A DNA stretch of 64,000 bases from Paraspadella gotoi (Eukaryota > Animalia > Chaetognatha). Of the stretch, positions 33,446-46,937 are shown one piece after another (positions within the stretch are counted from its first letter, which is position 1; each line of letters starts with the position of its first letter). The stretch lies in contig CM119264.1 in NCBI GenBank assembly GCA_051294375.1, positions 18,395,454-18,459,453 on the forward strand, given 5' to 3'. The translations under genes and the position numbers were made by a program. The notes beneath the pieces are model-generated. The model saw only the letters and a list, made by a program, of their open reading frames with translations, did no database searches and was not told where the DNA came from.

Positions 33446-33958
33446 TAAACGAGTTTCCGGAGTGATTACTGATTACTGAATAAAAGACGACGACTTGTAG
33501 TTGGCGACCACTTGCCACGTCGACACCTTGCCACGGAGGAGTGTCTCGTCCCTCGGCGAAAAGGATGAAACGGGAGAGTGGGAAAATCGGCGCATCGTTG
33601 GCGAAAAAAACCGCGAGGACGACGACGAAAACGACGACGAAAACGACGACGAGGAAGACGATGACTGTAACGACGACATTAAGACCTTTACGACGATAAT
33701 AACGACGATGAAGACGAAGACGCAACTAGCGAGAGAAAAGAGACAAAAGATGGCTTAAATGTATTTGAGGAAAAAAAAAAACACGAAAATAACGATGACG
33801 AAATAAGAGGCAGCGGAGACGACGACCACGACAGAAACGACGCCCGGTGGAATACAGCAATACCGCAACAACCGATACCGTAACGACGTCAGTAAAACCG
33901 AGTAAAGCTAAGACGTCTAAGGAAGTAGTAGAGAGGAAAAGACGACGGCTTCGAAGGA

Positions 33959-33990
<32 letters not shown>

Positions 33991-35801
33991 AAATGACGAA
34001 GTAGATGACGACGACGATGACGCCAAACGACACGACGACATCGGCCATCATTACCGGAGAGTTTATGGTCGTCTTGATTGCGACCGAAGCAAAAGCCAAA
34101 TGGAATTTCGAGATGAAAGCGAAAAGGAAAGACGTGTTTTTTTTTTCGTGAGGGTGGACAAATTATTAGTTTAATATTGAAAAAAGAATTGTGGCAAAAT
34201 GTTAAGAATAGAGGAATTAAATACGTATAGTATAGATCGAATTTAATTTTAGTTAGTCTGCGTTAACATTTCAAAAAACCGCACGACCACGTTTAAATGT
34301 TATAATAATTCACTGTGAATTTCTTTAAAACTCACAAATCATTATTACATAATGAATGAATTATTTTTATTTTTTTTAAATTTTAAACAAATATTCTATA
34401 CTTAAGATTGGTTCTACCAATTTTATAAAAATGTTTCTCTTCCTTTCGCCCAAGGCCACATGCAAATATTCAATTTCGAGGAGGAAATCTATAATTTTTG
34501 TAAAGATTATGTAAATTTTTACATTTTTTATTTAGAAATATTCTGGCAAGTTACAAAATTACTCATTATTTTTTTTAAAAATCGTAAATTTTTTTATTAT
34601 TCACTTCTCATCATCCACATTTAAAAAAGCCGAATTAAAAAAAAAAAAAAAAAACTCGAGAAAGTTTTTTTTTATTCTTGGCTAAAAACAATTTTTCTTG
34701 AGAATCATTTTCCGGTCTGAGACTGTGGCTTTTTTTAGTTTTTCTTTTCCTTTTCTCGTTCAACTTCTTTCCTTTTTTTCGGTTTTTCCCTTTTCTTTTT
34801 TTTACTTTTTTTCCCTATTTTCTGGGTTTTTATTCTTTTTTCTCTTTTTTTATATCCTTTTTTTCTACGCATTTCAATTTCCATTTCTTGTCGCTCAAGG
34901 GGAAACGCGATTTCGGTTGCGCCTTCCAAAATCGTACTCACCCGAAGCCTAGCTCAACCAAACTCACCCAATTCTTTTACAAACTGGTACTCACTCGGAG
35001 ACTCGCTCACCCAAAGTCACCCGAATCCTTTCAACCCTCACACCATTCTCAAAAGTAATTCTTCTGCCTTACTTAATATTGTATACCGTATCTGTTACTC
35101 TGTTTGCCCTTTTGTATGTGCTGTTTCAACTAATTGTTGTCAACGAATAAAACACTTATAACACTTATTAAAGTGGAACAGGTTCAAACTAGTATTTTTC
35201 TTTTATTGCTAATGTTAAAGTCATTTTAAATAATTTGAAAAAAAATGCAGATTTAAGCTTTCTATCGTAGATATTAAAGAACGCAGAGACTTATAATTTT
35301 TTTTTATTCTGAAAGAATACAGCTGAAACATTAAATAAAAGATAAAATTATATATTTTTTAAAAAATAAGAATTTTTTATTTCTGACCTACTTATCATCA
35401 AAATTTTCAAGCCCTACTATATAACTTTTGTTTACCTTTTTTAACTCTTAGAATCCGGTCTTAAAAACTAAAAAATTATAAAACATTAAAATTATTCAGT
35501 TTGTTATTATTATTATTTTTAAAGTAGGACAAAAGAATAAACTATGAAAGTTCTAAATTATGGCCCACCCTAATACTCATCTTATATGTCTTTCTACGAC
35601 ATCAATCCTTGCTTAAATTTTTTTTTAAATGTCATTCATTTTGTTTTAGTCGTATATTACGTATAATTTACACGTATTATATACACTTAATGTTTAAAAA
35701 AAAAAATTAAATTTTGTCGAACAGAAATAAAAGAATTGTTTGTTTCAGAGTCATGATTTTGGCAGAAGATTTAGTAGTTAATAGTTTGGTAGTTAATAGT
35801 T

Positions 35802-35908
35802 TGATATTTATTTTTAAATAAGCACTGATCTTCAGAGACTTCTGGAGGTGCACCTTTGAGGGAGACAGAAGTCTCTGAAGATCAGTGCTTATTTAAAAAT
35901 AAATATCA
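35802..35908. repeat. Perfect inverted repeat, 43-bp arms, 21-nt spacer
   Basis: 35802-35844 is the exact reverse complement of 35866-35908 (checked base by base). Confidence 0.95.
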
Positions 35909-37651
35909 TGTTACCTCCAGAAATAATTTGTTTTCCTTATATTATTGGCATGTTACTGAGAAATAAAAGAAATCTGCGGAGCGTTGAAATGTATCAATTG
36001 ATTCAGGCTAACAAATGAAGAAAAAACAATGTCGGAAAAAAATTGCATATTTCACATTAGATATTTTTTTCATCGGTGTCAAGTTGTGGCGTCGTCTTCG
36101 CAACAAGAGGTCACCATCCATCATTTTCTTTTCTGGAAATTTCCGACGGTCTTTGTCCCGATTTTCATGCGGATTTTTTTTTCAGGGGCAAGTTTTCAGT
36201 AGTTTTTGGTTTTCATGGTTTTCATGGTTTTCATGGTTTCTGTTCGGTTTAATGTTCTCTTTAATGATGGTAGTATTTTTATTTTATACTTGTCATTAAA
36301 CTTTATCACGATAAAATTTCGTTTATTTTCCATAACCGGTGAATAAAGATTTCGAGATGATAAAAGCTACTAGTGGTACAAGTCAAAACTACTTACAAAG
36401 AAGTTCAAATATTTTTTGTTCCGTTTTTGTTTGTTTTTTTGTTTGTTTTTTTTTATGTAATTTTTATAAAGTGTTCGCTCCTGGCGCCGGAAGAAAAGAT
36501 TGCGTACGAATTGCTTGTTTCTCTCCAACCTCTGCTCCCTTGAAATTCTCTTTCTCACTCTCTCTCCCTAATCACAGCATTTCCATCGACTTCACGTCAC
36601 AACTTTCCCCACAATCGCTTACGTCATCGTCGCCATATTCAAAATCGTAACCCCTTTCTCTTTCACCTCTTCCCGCATCCAAAAACCCCTTCGTTACTTC
36701 TTTCCAGAGAGAAAGTCCCTTCCCGCCGGCGCTGGCAGCTGCCGACGGCTCTGCGAAACCCCTTTCCCAAAATTCTCTGCTAAATTCTCATTTGACGTCT
36801 GCACCATACGACGGCAACAGCCAACTCTCACAGGAAAAAAACTTTCACGAAAAAAGGAACCATTTTTTTCCCAGTTTTTAATATAGTTCCTTCTTCCCTT
36901 TTTCACCTTTTACTTTTTTAGAAATTATAGAAGGTCTCTCTTTTCCTTTTATTCATTTTTGAAATCCATAAGAAAATACATCTTTCTTGGCTGATCGTGA
37001 CTACGAAAATACATGGGAGGGACGATCAACATACATTTCATTATGAGAACAATATTCTTCTGATTCTAAGGGTTGACTAATATTTTACAGGAGAGGGAAT
37101 TCGTCTTTTTTGTGGTGATTTTCACGTAAAACTTCTTGCTTTGCGTTTTTGCCGCACATCCCCGGCCATTGCTCTTGTACGAACGAATGGGTAACAACTC
37201 ACAGCGAGTCAAACTGTTAAGCACGGTTTGTATGGGAAGCGCGACCAAAGTTCTAAGACTAAGTTTATCGAAATTTATACTTCATGTTTCATTAAAAAAA
37301 ATTTTAATATATTTTTTTCTTTGGTTTCGTGATACTACCTTATATTGAAAAGTATGTTTGTAAATGTTGGTGTATAGTTTCCCAAAAATACAGCAAATCA
37401 GCCGACCGACGTACAAGACTTCACCGATGGATGACGACGACGACGAAAATTACGACGATTTTCACGACGACACAACGAGGACATATTGGAAAGCCATGAC
37501 GAAAACGTGGATGACGACGACGGAAACGACGACGTGGGAAACGACGACGACGAAAACGACGACGGAGCGCGTAGCAGAAAAAACCTTGACCTAAACTGGG
37601 AGCCAGTTTCAGGCTCAATCAAGAATTTGACCTTTTCCATCAACAGGCAAA

Positions 37652-37751
<100 letters not shown>

Positions 37752-38521
37752 TTATTCAAGGAACATTATAAATACAAAGGGGTCATTCTATGCGTCTCCG
37801 GAGGCGTAATTTACTTAACGAGATACGGAATTACCTTCGTCGCATTAAGACATCTCGAGAAGAAGAAAAAAAATCCCTTGGGTTATTGAATCGAGGAAAA
37901 AAGGAACGAGGATCACAAGAGTGAAATTGTGTGCTTTTCTTTTAAGGTAAACACACGAAAATTTATTGAACATAATAAATAATATGTCCCTAACGTGCGT
38001 AATCTTACAAAGGAGTTTCTTTGAGGAACGGAACGAGGAAAAATAAAGGCATGTATGAAAAGAAGTCATCAAGAAAGCAACATTGTAGTTTTGCGTCTTT
38101 AATCATTTTCTCAGCTTTCTCCTTTTTTCCTTTTTCGTAGTGAATGAGATTAACGTCGCGGCGATGATTCTCCCTAGATTGCCGAGATGAGGTGAAAAGA
38201 AATTGAGGAAGGAAAGGTAAGTAAGGTAAGAGAGTTGAGGTGAATGAGGCTTTACGAGACTCGACGGAAAAGATCTAGTTCAGAGGTTAAACGAAAAACT
38301 TATATTTTAGCGAATATTAGTTATAAATCAATATCAGGCTGCGATACAAGACATTTTCATAGTCAATAAATCTTGGAAGGAATAGAAGCAACACTTTTCT
38401 TTTTTGGCAAAAAAGAAACAAAATAAAAAAATAACCCGAAAATTAATTTTCCTTCTCAAAGATCACGGCAGGGGAGATGTGATTCGCGCCTCTTTTTCGT
38501 TCTCTTCCTCTCAATTGCCTT

Positions 38522-38561
<40 letters not shown>

Positions 38562-40973
38562 CTCTCTCTCTCCTCTCTCTCGTCTCTCTCTCTCTCTCTC
38601 TCTCTTCTCTCTTCTCTCTCTCTCTCTCTTCTCTTCTCTCTCTCTCTCCTCTCTTTTTTTCATGCTACGTGAGATATAACTGAAAAACCATACAAATTCC
38701 AAGGAGAGCAATCGGGAGAGAAATGTGATTTTCTGCGGACAGCAGCTGATAACTGAGATGCGGAATGAAAAAGGAGAAAAGAAGGAAGGAAAGAATTCCG
38801 GTGATTCTGCGAGAGGAATTCTTTCATTTCGCCTTCATTTCCTTCATTGTCGTTCCCCTCCCTTCAAACGCCTTTCTCTCTTCCTCTTTTCTATATTCCT
38901 TTATATTTTCTCCAAATTCCTTTCTCTTCTCGTCTCCCCAATTCTTTCCTCACCTTATCGCCTCCGATGCCAGTCAAACGAGGCGCCAGTCGCGAGACAG
39001 CCTTTGTCCCCCCCCACACAGAAAAAAAAACTTATCTGTTTTGACGTTTCCCATTTTTTTCCGAGGGGAACGCCGGTCGCCGCTTGCCGCTCGAGTCAGC
39101 CGGCGCTGACGAACAGCGGCTTTGACAATCTACCGCTGGCGCCGACAAAGAGTCACGGGAATTGACAAGTTTTTCCTGAAATTAGGTCATGACGCTGGAG
39201 CTGACAAACAGGCGATTAGTGTTACCAGTGTTACATGTCACCAACAACATGATTGTCTTGCCATCGACAATGTGGACAAAGTGGCCATAAGAGACGGCAC
39301 TAGCTAGAGGACAGCAGTTTGCAAAATAAGGCGCTGATGTCGACAAGCGACGCCAACGTACTTCTTTAACGTTCAGTACACCCGAAATTGTCCGATGACC
39401 CCGTAACCGTCTCTCGCCGGTGAAGACTGACCCCTGACCCAAGAGTTGACTCGTCTTTGTAGTCTTTGTTGAAATAAGAAATTCCAACGATCGGCAAGGG
39501 GAAGGAATGTTAACCATCAAACATCGGGAAAAAAAAGCTTTTGGTTTGTGATTCGTGCAATTCTGTAAAAATGTTATTTTCCATAATTTAATAATAAAAG
39601 AATCGTACCATCACAGATGAACAAAAATATAGCGGAAAAACAAAGAGTGCTATTAGCAATATTGTTGTCATCGTCGTCATCGTCATGGCCTTCGCCGATT
39701 ACGATAGACTGCTGACGCGTCAGCTGCGTCAGAGGCAGCTTCAGTAGCAACACCCCGCGTCTCAAACGCCATTAAAGCCATCATCATCTTTTCGGCGATA
39801 AAATCTGGAGCGAGGACCGAGATAAAGGCGAAACTCCGTCTTCCGGTGGAAGGAAGAAACGGAGGAAGAAAAGAAAGAAGGAAAAAGGAAAACGTCAGGA
39901 AAGAAAATCACAAGATGGCAGAAAAAAGAAGAAGTATAGGAGACTTTATCTATATCACATACATATACATATCATATATCTTATGCGAAGTATACACAAT
40001 TTTAATTAAAAAACTATCTTTTTAACGCCATAAAAAAATTTCAGTTTGAATCTTAGAGTAATAAAAAATTGGGTATGAATTAAATGCAATAAGCTGGCCA
40101 GAATAAAAAAAAATGTGGAGAAAGTGTTCATGAATATGAAGAGGAAAAGCGAGAAGGAAGATTGAGGGACGAAGGCATCGGGTCAGCGACCGCCCTAAAA
40201 AAGCCAGGGAGTCAAGGAGATGCCGTTCGATGAGGCGATGAAAGATGATTACGGAGAAGGGAAGAGAAAGTTCGCGCGTGATTCGTGGACGGAATGTGAA
40301 CGGAATGTGAGGAGAAAAGATTCTGACCATCCTAAAACGAAGGAGGGTGAAACTTTATCTTTTGAACTTTTAATGCCAATTGGAAATGGCAGAAGAAGAA
40401 GGAGAAGAAGAAGAAGAAGAAGAAGAAGGAAAAGGAGAAGAAGAAGAACAACAACAACCACAACCAACCGTGTTGGCTTTAAGGTGGTCGTGCTCCTTTG
40501 GGAAACGGAATACATGAACCGTAAAAAAATCGACTTTCCTCCTTTTTTTTCCGGAGCTCCAGAAAAAAATGAGGCCGAAAACTAAAAAAATGTACGATAA
40601 AAAGGTAAAATATTAAAAAGAATAAAGAACAAACAACTAACGAAGTCATTTCAATTGAATGTAGGGAATTATAATTTTAGATTATAAGTCAATTTTCATC
40701 GTTTTGAATAAAGTTTATAATAGAGACAAAAGAAAAGAGAGCAGTTGGCTTTTGTAGTAGAGACGAGAGAATGTAATTAGTCTCGATCAAATTTTCCGCA
40801 TTTGTTCGGCGTCCAGTGTTCATTCTTTCTCTGATCAACATACCCTTAGGCTTCCCAAACTTAAGAGTTCTCTCTATGGTATAACACTCTCGCGACAGCA
40901 GATTGAGAGAGAAATCGCCCTGATTTTCGCCGCTGGCTGTCGTCGCAAATGCCGGCTCGTTAGCGATCAAAGT

Positions 40974-41034
<61 letters not shown>

Positions 41035-41869
41035 GATATGATTAATACATCTATTAACGCCTGGGCGCGAGTGTTGGTCCTTTAGGCGATCATAATAAAC
41101 AGGTACAGTTTACAGATAATCTCCTAAACTACTAGCATTTGATCTATTATGACTGTTTGACTGAGTAAAAAATTCATCTGAACAGAATGTTGCAGACCTA
41201 TTCTGCAATTTCGTAAAAATTTTTAGCATGTTCGACATTACGTAAGTAATAGTTGATGGCACAAAATTATTTAAAAATCGGTCCCGCCCGTCAGAGTTTT
41301 ATAAAGTCAACACTAATATAACGTAATATTCCGTAACAATAGTATAAGTAACGCGATAGTCAACTCGCACGGTGTTTAATCAAATTTTGATAACTACACG
41401 TTGAGCGTTATAACATACTCATGACTCTGAAAACAGTATTAAACTGCCTGAAAAAGCAGCATTAAACCGCAATGTCTCGCCTAAGTAAAAAAGTTAAAAT
41501 TAATATTTCTAATGACAATAACGAATTTACTTTTCAATACGCGATCCGCAATATTACGAATTAACTTTAATACGCACTAACAAATTTACTTTAACGTGTT
41601 TACACCTCGTCTTTAATTAGATTTAGAGGGTTGTATTTGTAATAATGAGGAAGTTTGGCACAATGAAGAAGTTTGGCACGATCGATCTCCGGCCGACTGC
41701 TCGGCTCATCGCGAATGAATCTGCTGAAGGGCCGTCTGTTCGACTCCTTGCTTTACTCCCCTTTGTTTGCACTTTCCACAGTTCTAGAAATTGGTTCGAA
41801 ACCCGCTTCCGAGGTAGGTTTCCTCGTAATCTTGGTGAGATATTGTTGAATGCTTTTGGTTCGGTCGCA

Positions 41870-43420
41870 CTGAGTACTTAAGTTTGGTCAACTGTCTTGT
41901 TAACGGAAACCAGGGCCAATTCGCTGAGGACGCTTTTGTAGTTTTCCCACTCTAATTTTATCTTCATATTGATGAATAGTGTCTTTAACAATATTGACTT
42001 TTGAGTACATATTAAATCAATCTTTTTAGGCGATTTCTTACAATGCATCTTACATCGGTTGTCCCCACTCGCGAGTCTGCAAGACTCGATGATTTGCCAC
42101 GTACTTTGGGATGTTATAATGCAACTCCAGAGATTGTGTATGTATTTTTTCTATATTGTTCCAATGAACTTCTGACATAGGGATATAACCTCGTTGATCC
42201 GTATTCGAATAGCGTTTCTTATCATAAATCGTTATATAGATTATGTATTATCGTGGATGGTATTGGGTTTAAGGTTTTCTTATTCTAGTAGAACACCAGT
42301 CTTTGATTCGCCTTCGTCATGGTTTCATTAATGTGATTCTTTCCAGGCATTTTTTTGGTCAAATCTGCCCCCAGAAAAGTAACGATTGTACTACCGAAAC
42401 TGGTGTACCTAATAAATTTATACACACTTCTCGGTTTAAATGTCTTTGTAGTCGACTGAATACAATCAGTATTCGATTTGTGTGGCGCTAGCCTTTAATC
42501 CAGCACTTTCGACACTAATCACTCCAGTGTCTTGGTCAGACGTTTCCATCTTTATTTCTCTCTAAAGGATTGTTCGGCAATAACGATCCAGGCTGCTGGT
42601 CATGCCGCGAATTGAGCAGGTGAGATCTCTGTGTCACGTCAAAGACGTCATCTGTATGGAATATTGAAGAGATCCGATTAATTAGCACCTTGTGGAGTAC
42701 CAGTGGTTATGTTAAAGGGCTCAGCACGCTTTTTCCGCATCAAAGACTTAATCGATCTATCTTTAAGAAATTATTTGATCCGCTAAGATTTGAGGGCTGA
42801 ATCTTTTTGGAGAAGCTTGTATCTCAAACCGGTTCCCATCCCCACAGGTGGTCAAAGGCCAGTTCAACATCCAAGAACAGCCCCAGCAGCCACTTTTTTT
42901 CTTTAATGCCTGCTATTGTTAGTTTCAGTTAGCGAAATAAGTGATCTTGTGGACTACGGTTTTTTTTATAGCCGCTCTGGTATTATTTCTCATGCAGAGC
43001 CTGTCTAGTTCTCCTATGAGCTTAGGTTTTATTAAATCTCTCAATACTTGCCAACGCGGACAATAGGCTAATGGGTCTATGACTTTTGATTTTTGTGAGA
43101 TCTTTACCTTCTTTGGAATGGTTATTAATTTTGCCCTTTTCCAATGCAGAGGGCAGACTCCACGAGACAACATAAGTTGTAAATCTGAAGAAGTTGTTCT
43201 GCACAACTTCTGCGGAACATTTTTTATCATTAGGTAGGTTCCCATCCTCGCCTGCTGGGATTTATTTTTGCAGGCTCCCAAGGCCCTTTCAAGTCGTTCA
43301 AGTTAAAATCCTCTTCTCTTCTATCTGTTCTTTCACTTTGGTGTGATAGAAGATGTCAGTTTTCCTTTTCTCTTTCCGCGGTTTCGTCAACTATTTTTTG
43401 CCCAGTTTTCATCGTACGTT
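41870..43420 (-). mobile_element. Degraded non-LTR retrotransposon ORF2 (reverse transcriptase), Jockey/I-group-like
   Basis: Frameshifted RT motifs in order on the minus strand: ALGACKNKS(P.G.DG), WKRAKLITIPK.GKD, HRPISLLS, LFLDVELAFDH (about 42880-42850), TGTPQGA (about 42705-42685), LFNI, and AQFA at the expected Y/FADD position. Boundaries are approximate. Confidence 0.85.
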
Positions 43421-43806
43421 GGGTCGATATTCCGGAGAGAGAGAGATAGAGAGAGAGAGAGGCGAACATTAAAAAGGTTCGAGACATTGCAAAAGCCAAA
43501 AGTTTTTCATTCATCAATGGGTGTTGCCAAAAAGCCATCAATCGAACACTTCTGACTGAAAGCAATCATGCAATGACAGAGGCTAAGTGGCACCAATGGA
43601 ATTAGGGCTCAGCTTTTGACCTACTTACGAAAGGAGAAAAAATCGCCTCCAGAATGGAAAGGTGATGGAAACAAGAAACGAAAGGAGAACATTTGACAAG
43701 AATAAGAAAGGAACAAGTAATAACTAGACACGAGACGGGGATTGTAAATCATAAAACAGCCGGCTCTTTGACTTTTGCAGAAGAAAGATAGAAGAAAGGG
43801 AAAGAG

Positions 43807-43891
<85 letters not shown>

Positions 43892-44059
43892 AGGAAATAA
43901 ACGAGATAAATAGAAAAAGAGAGATAGAGAGAGAGACGACACTAACAGATAGATATAGGCGGTGATGGAGTAGAGAGGAAAACACGAATCGTGACATCGA
44001 AAAGACAAAACATCAGAGTCGACTTTCAATTAAGTTCAAGGCGAGCAAAATAAAAGGAA

Positions 44060-44122
<63 letters not shown>

Positions 44123-44146
44123 GAGAGAGAGAGAGAGAGAGAGAGA

Positions 44147-44192
<46 letters not shown>

Positions 44193-45733
44193 CTTTAGAA
44201 AGTGAAATTCCTGTTTATGTTGGCTTCCCTCATTCTTCACAGTCTCATAAAATTCCATTAGATGCACGAGTCGTGAAGGCAGTCGTCGTCCTTTCATCTT
44301 TGTCCGCCCCTGTTTTTTTTTGTCCCCGCTTTCGGAATTTTTTGTTTTGTTTTCTTTATTTTCTATTTTTTCTGTTTTTTTTTTATTGTGTTTCCTTTAT
44401 CTCTCCGGAAATTGTATTAATTTTAGCTAATTCATTTCATTAAATTCTTCGACTGGTTTTTGTGTCCGTTCCGTAGTAGCCTACTTTATTTATAAAGTCT
44501 TTATTTTTTTATTTCTTTCTGTTTTTATGTCTCCATTTCTTTTATTTCCTTAATTTTACGTTTTTTCTTTTTACTAAAAATAGGTGCTTGAAATTTCATA
44601 TCTTTCATATCTTCTTTTTTCTCCGTTCCAACATACATTCATCTTTTCTACTTTAAAATGCTTTACCAGTTTTAAATTTAACACTTCTTTTGAAAAATCG
44701 GGCTTATTTATCCTTTTAAGTATACAAGCGTAAAATTTGACTGTGCCAGCATGTTTTCGGTGTTATAATATTGATTAACCAATGCTAAATATTCACGGCA
44801 TATACGCGTGTGGCATCTCCCTATGCCTGCCGTCCATTTTCGGGAGCACTCTTTCAGGGTCCCATTCTTCGAGCACTCCTGTAAGCGCCCATTCTCTTGG
44901 ACGCCCGTATGGTTTCTGATTAGAGTCTGGCGGGGGTCATGAAGGTTTCGCGTCGTCAACGGCGTCCCCATTATTTCCGTTTACTAAAGGCGACCGGAAA
45001 TAAAAGAGGCGGCGCCTAAAGTAGAAACAGGCGAGCTTGGCCGTTTGGCGTTTTGAGACAACGGAAAAAGTTTCGTTTGTGAAAGCTTTTCCGCATTTTT
45101 TTGTCGTTTATGAATTGTGCTAAATAAAATAAAATAAAATTAAATAAAGTTTGGAGTGATTAGAATATTCTGTTAATAAACGATCTGTGATTGCTCAATG
45201 TATATAGAAGATCAGACAAATAAATTTTCCTATTAATAAAACACCCATTTTTGAATTTTTCAAGGCCCTCATAATTTTTTTACCAGCAGGTAATCTCTAA
45301 TTTTTGAGTAAAAAAAAAAATGAAAGCAAGGTCTTTGCATTTTAATCTCTGGCTGTTTTTTCTTGAGCGAGTTATGAAAAAAAATTCACCCTGCTTGCTA
45401 AGCGAAGATGCTGTTGCGAATTAATAGCCTGGGCTTATTCGAAGCCTGCGCACTGCGTAGTTAACTCGACCTTTCTAAAATGAAGTCATGAATGTTGATG
45501 AAAATCACGTCTGCTTCGATCGTCATGAACCGCATTTCTGTCCAAAAATGTGGCAAAATGACACTCCTTTGATGTAAGTAAAACGTATTTATTTTTATGA
45601 TTTCCAGATATGGAATTTATAAATCATTTTTTTATTTCAACACTTAACTTACTGTTGAAAAAATGCACTTACTGACAATGTTGACTATGAAGTCAAGTTG
45701 GTAAAAATATAAAAAAAACAACTTTTTAGTGGT

Positions 45734-45772
<39 letters not shown>

Positions 45773-46510
45773 ACGAAAGAGGCGCTAAGGGGAGAGCAAG
45801 CGGCGCCTTTAGATTCCGTTAACCCGCGATATCGTTAGACGTTGATGAGAAGATGAGATATAAATCTTAGCGCCGCGGGTCGAAGCAGAAAAGCGGGCGA
45901 GATGCGAGGATGAGACGAGGAGAGAAGGAAAAATGAATGATGATGATGATGATGAATGATGATTGATGATGATAGATGATAGATGATATATGATGCACTG
46001 ATGATGATGATGATGATGATGATGAAGATGAAGATAAAAGCGTGGATGAGTTGTTTACGATTTGAGTCGAAGGTATGGATAGATGAGTGGCGGGGTAAGG
46101 GAAGTAGGTAGAGACAGAAAGCAAACGTAAAAGTAACAAAACCTAGACTGAGGATAGAACGAAAAAAAAGTCTTGTTTTTTAAAATAAAAAAATGAAAAT
46201 GATAAAAACTGAAATGTAAAAATGAAGAGGTAAAGTAATAAATCAATAAATCAAGAAATTTATAACGACCTTAATGAGTAGAGAAGAAAGTTTTTGAAAA
46301 TTAACCTAGAAATTCACGAGTAAGTACATAAGGTCTAAGAAAATTAGATGGAAAAAAAAAATCTGCATCGGGAAATGAGAGAAAAACGAGATTCGGGCTG
46401 AAGCGTAAAGAGAATGAGTGTAGCGGAAGTAAGGAGCGATGAGTTAAATGGGACATAAACGACGATTACGAGGAATAATTTCGTAAAGTAAACAAAATTG
46501 AGAGGAAGAC

Positions 46511-46640
46511 GACGACCGTAACGACGAGGAAGTGTCTCCGGAGACTTGGGTGACGGGGAGGGTGACGACGACGAGGACGATGACCGTAACGACGAGGAAG
46601 TGTCTCCGGAGACGAGGGTGACGGGGAGGGTGACGACGAC
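46511..46640 (+). repeat. Tandem duplication, about 68 bp x2
   Basis: gaccgtaacgacgaggaagtgtctccggagac..gggtgacggggagggtgacgacgac occurs twice. Confidence 0.85.
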
Positions 46641-46893
46641 CACGAGGACGACGACGGGCACGACGACGGGCACGACGACGAGGATCGTGGAGAAGAAGAA
46701 AGCGTAATCCATAATAATGTCGAAGAAGAAGAGATGACAATATTTAGGACGATGACAAAGACGAAGACACTGACGACGCGTACGCTAAAAAGGCGACAAC
46801 AATAATCAACGACGACAACGGCGACAGTTAAACACTAACAAAATTAAACCTCGAAGGACCCAACGATACATAATGAAGAAGACGGCGTTACTC

Positions 46894-46937
<44 letters not shown>

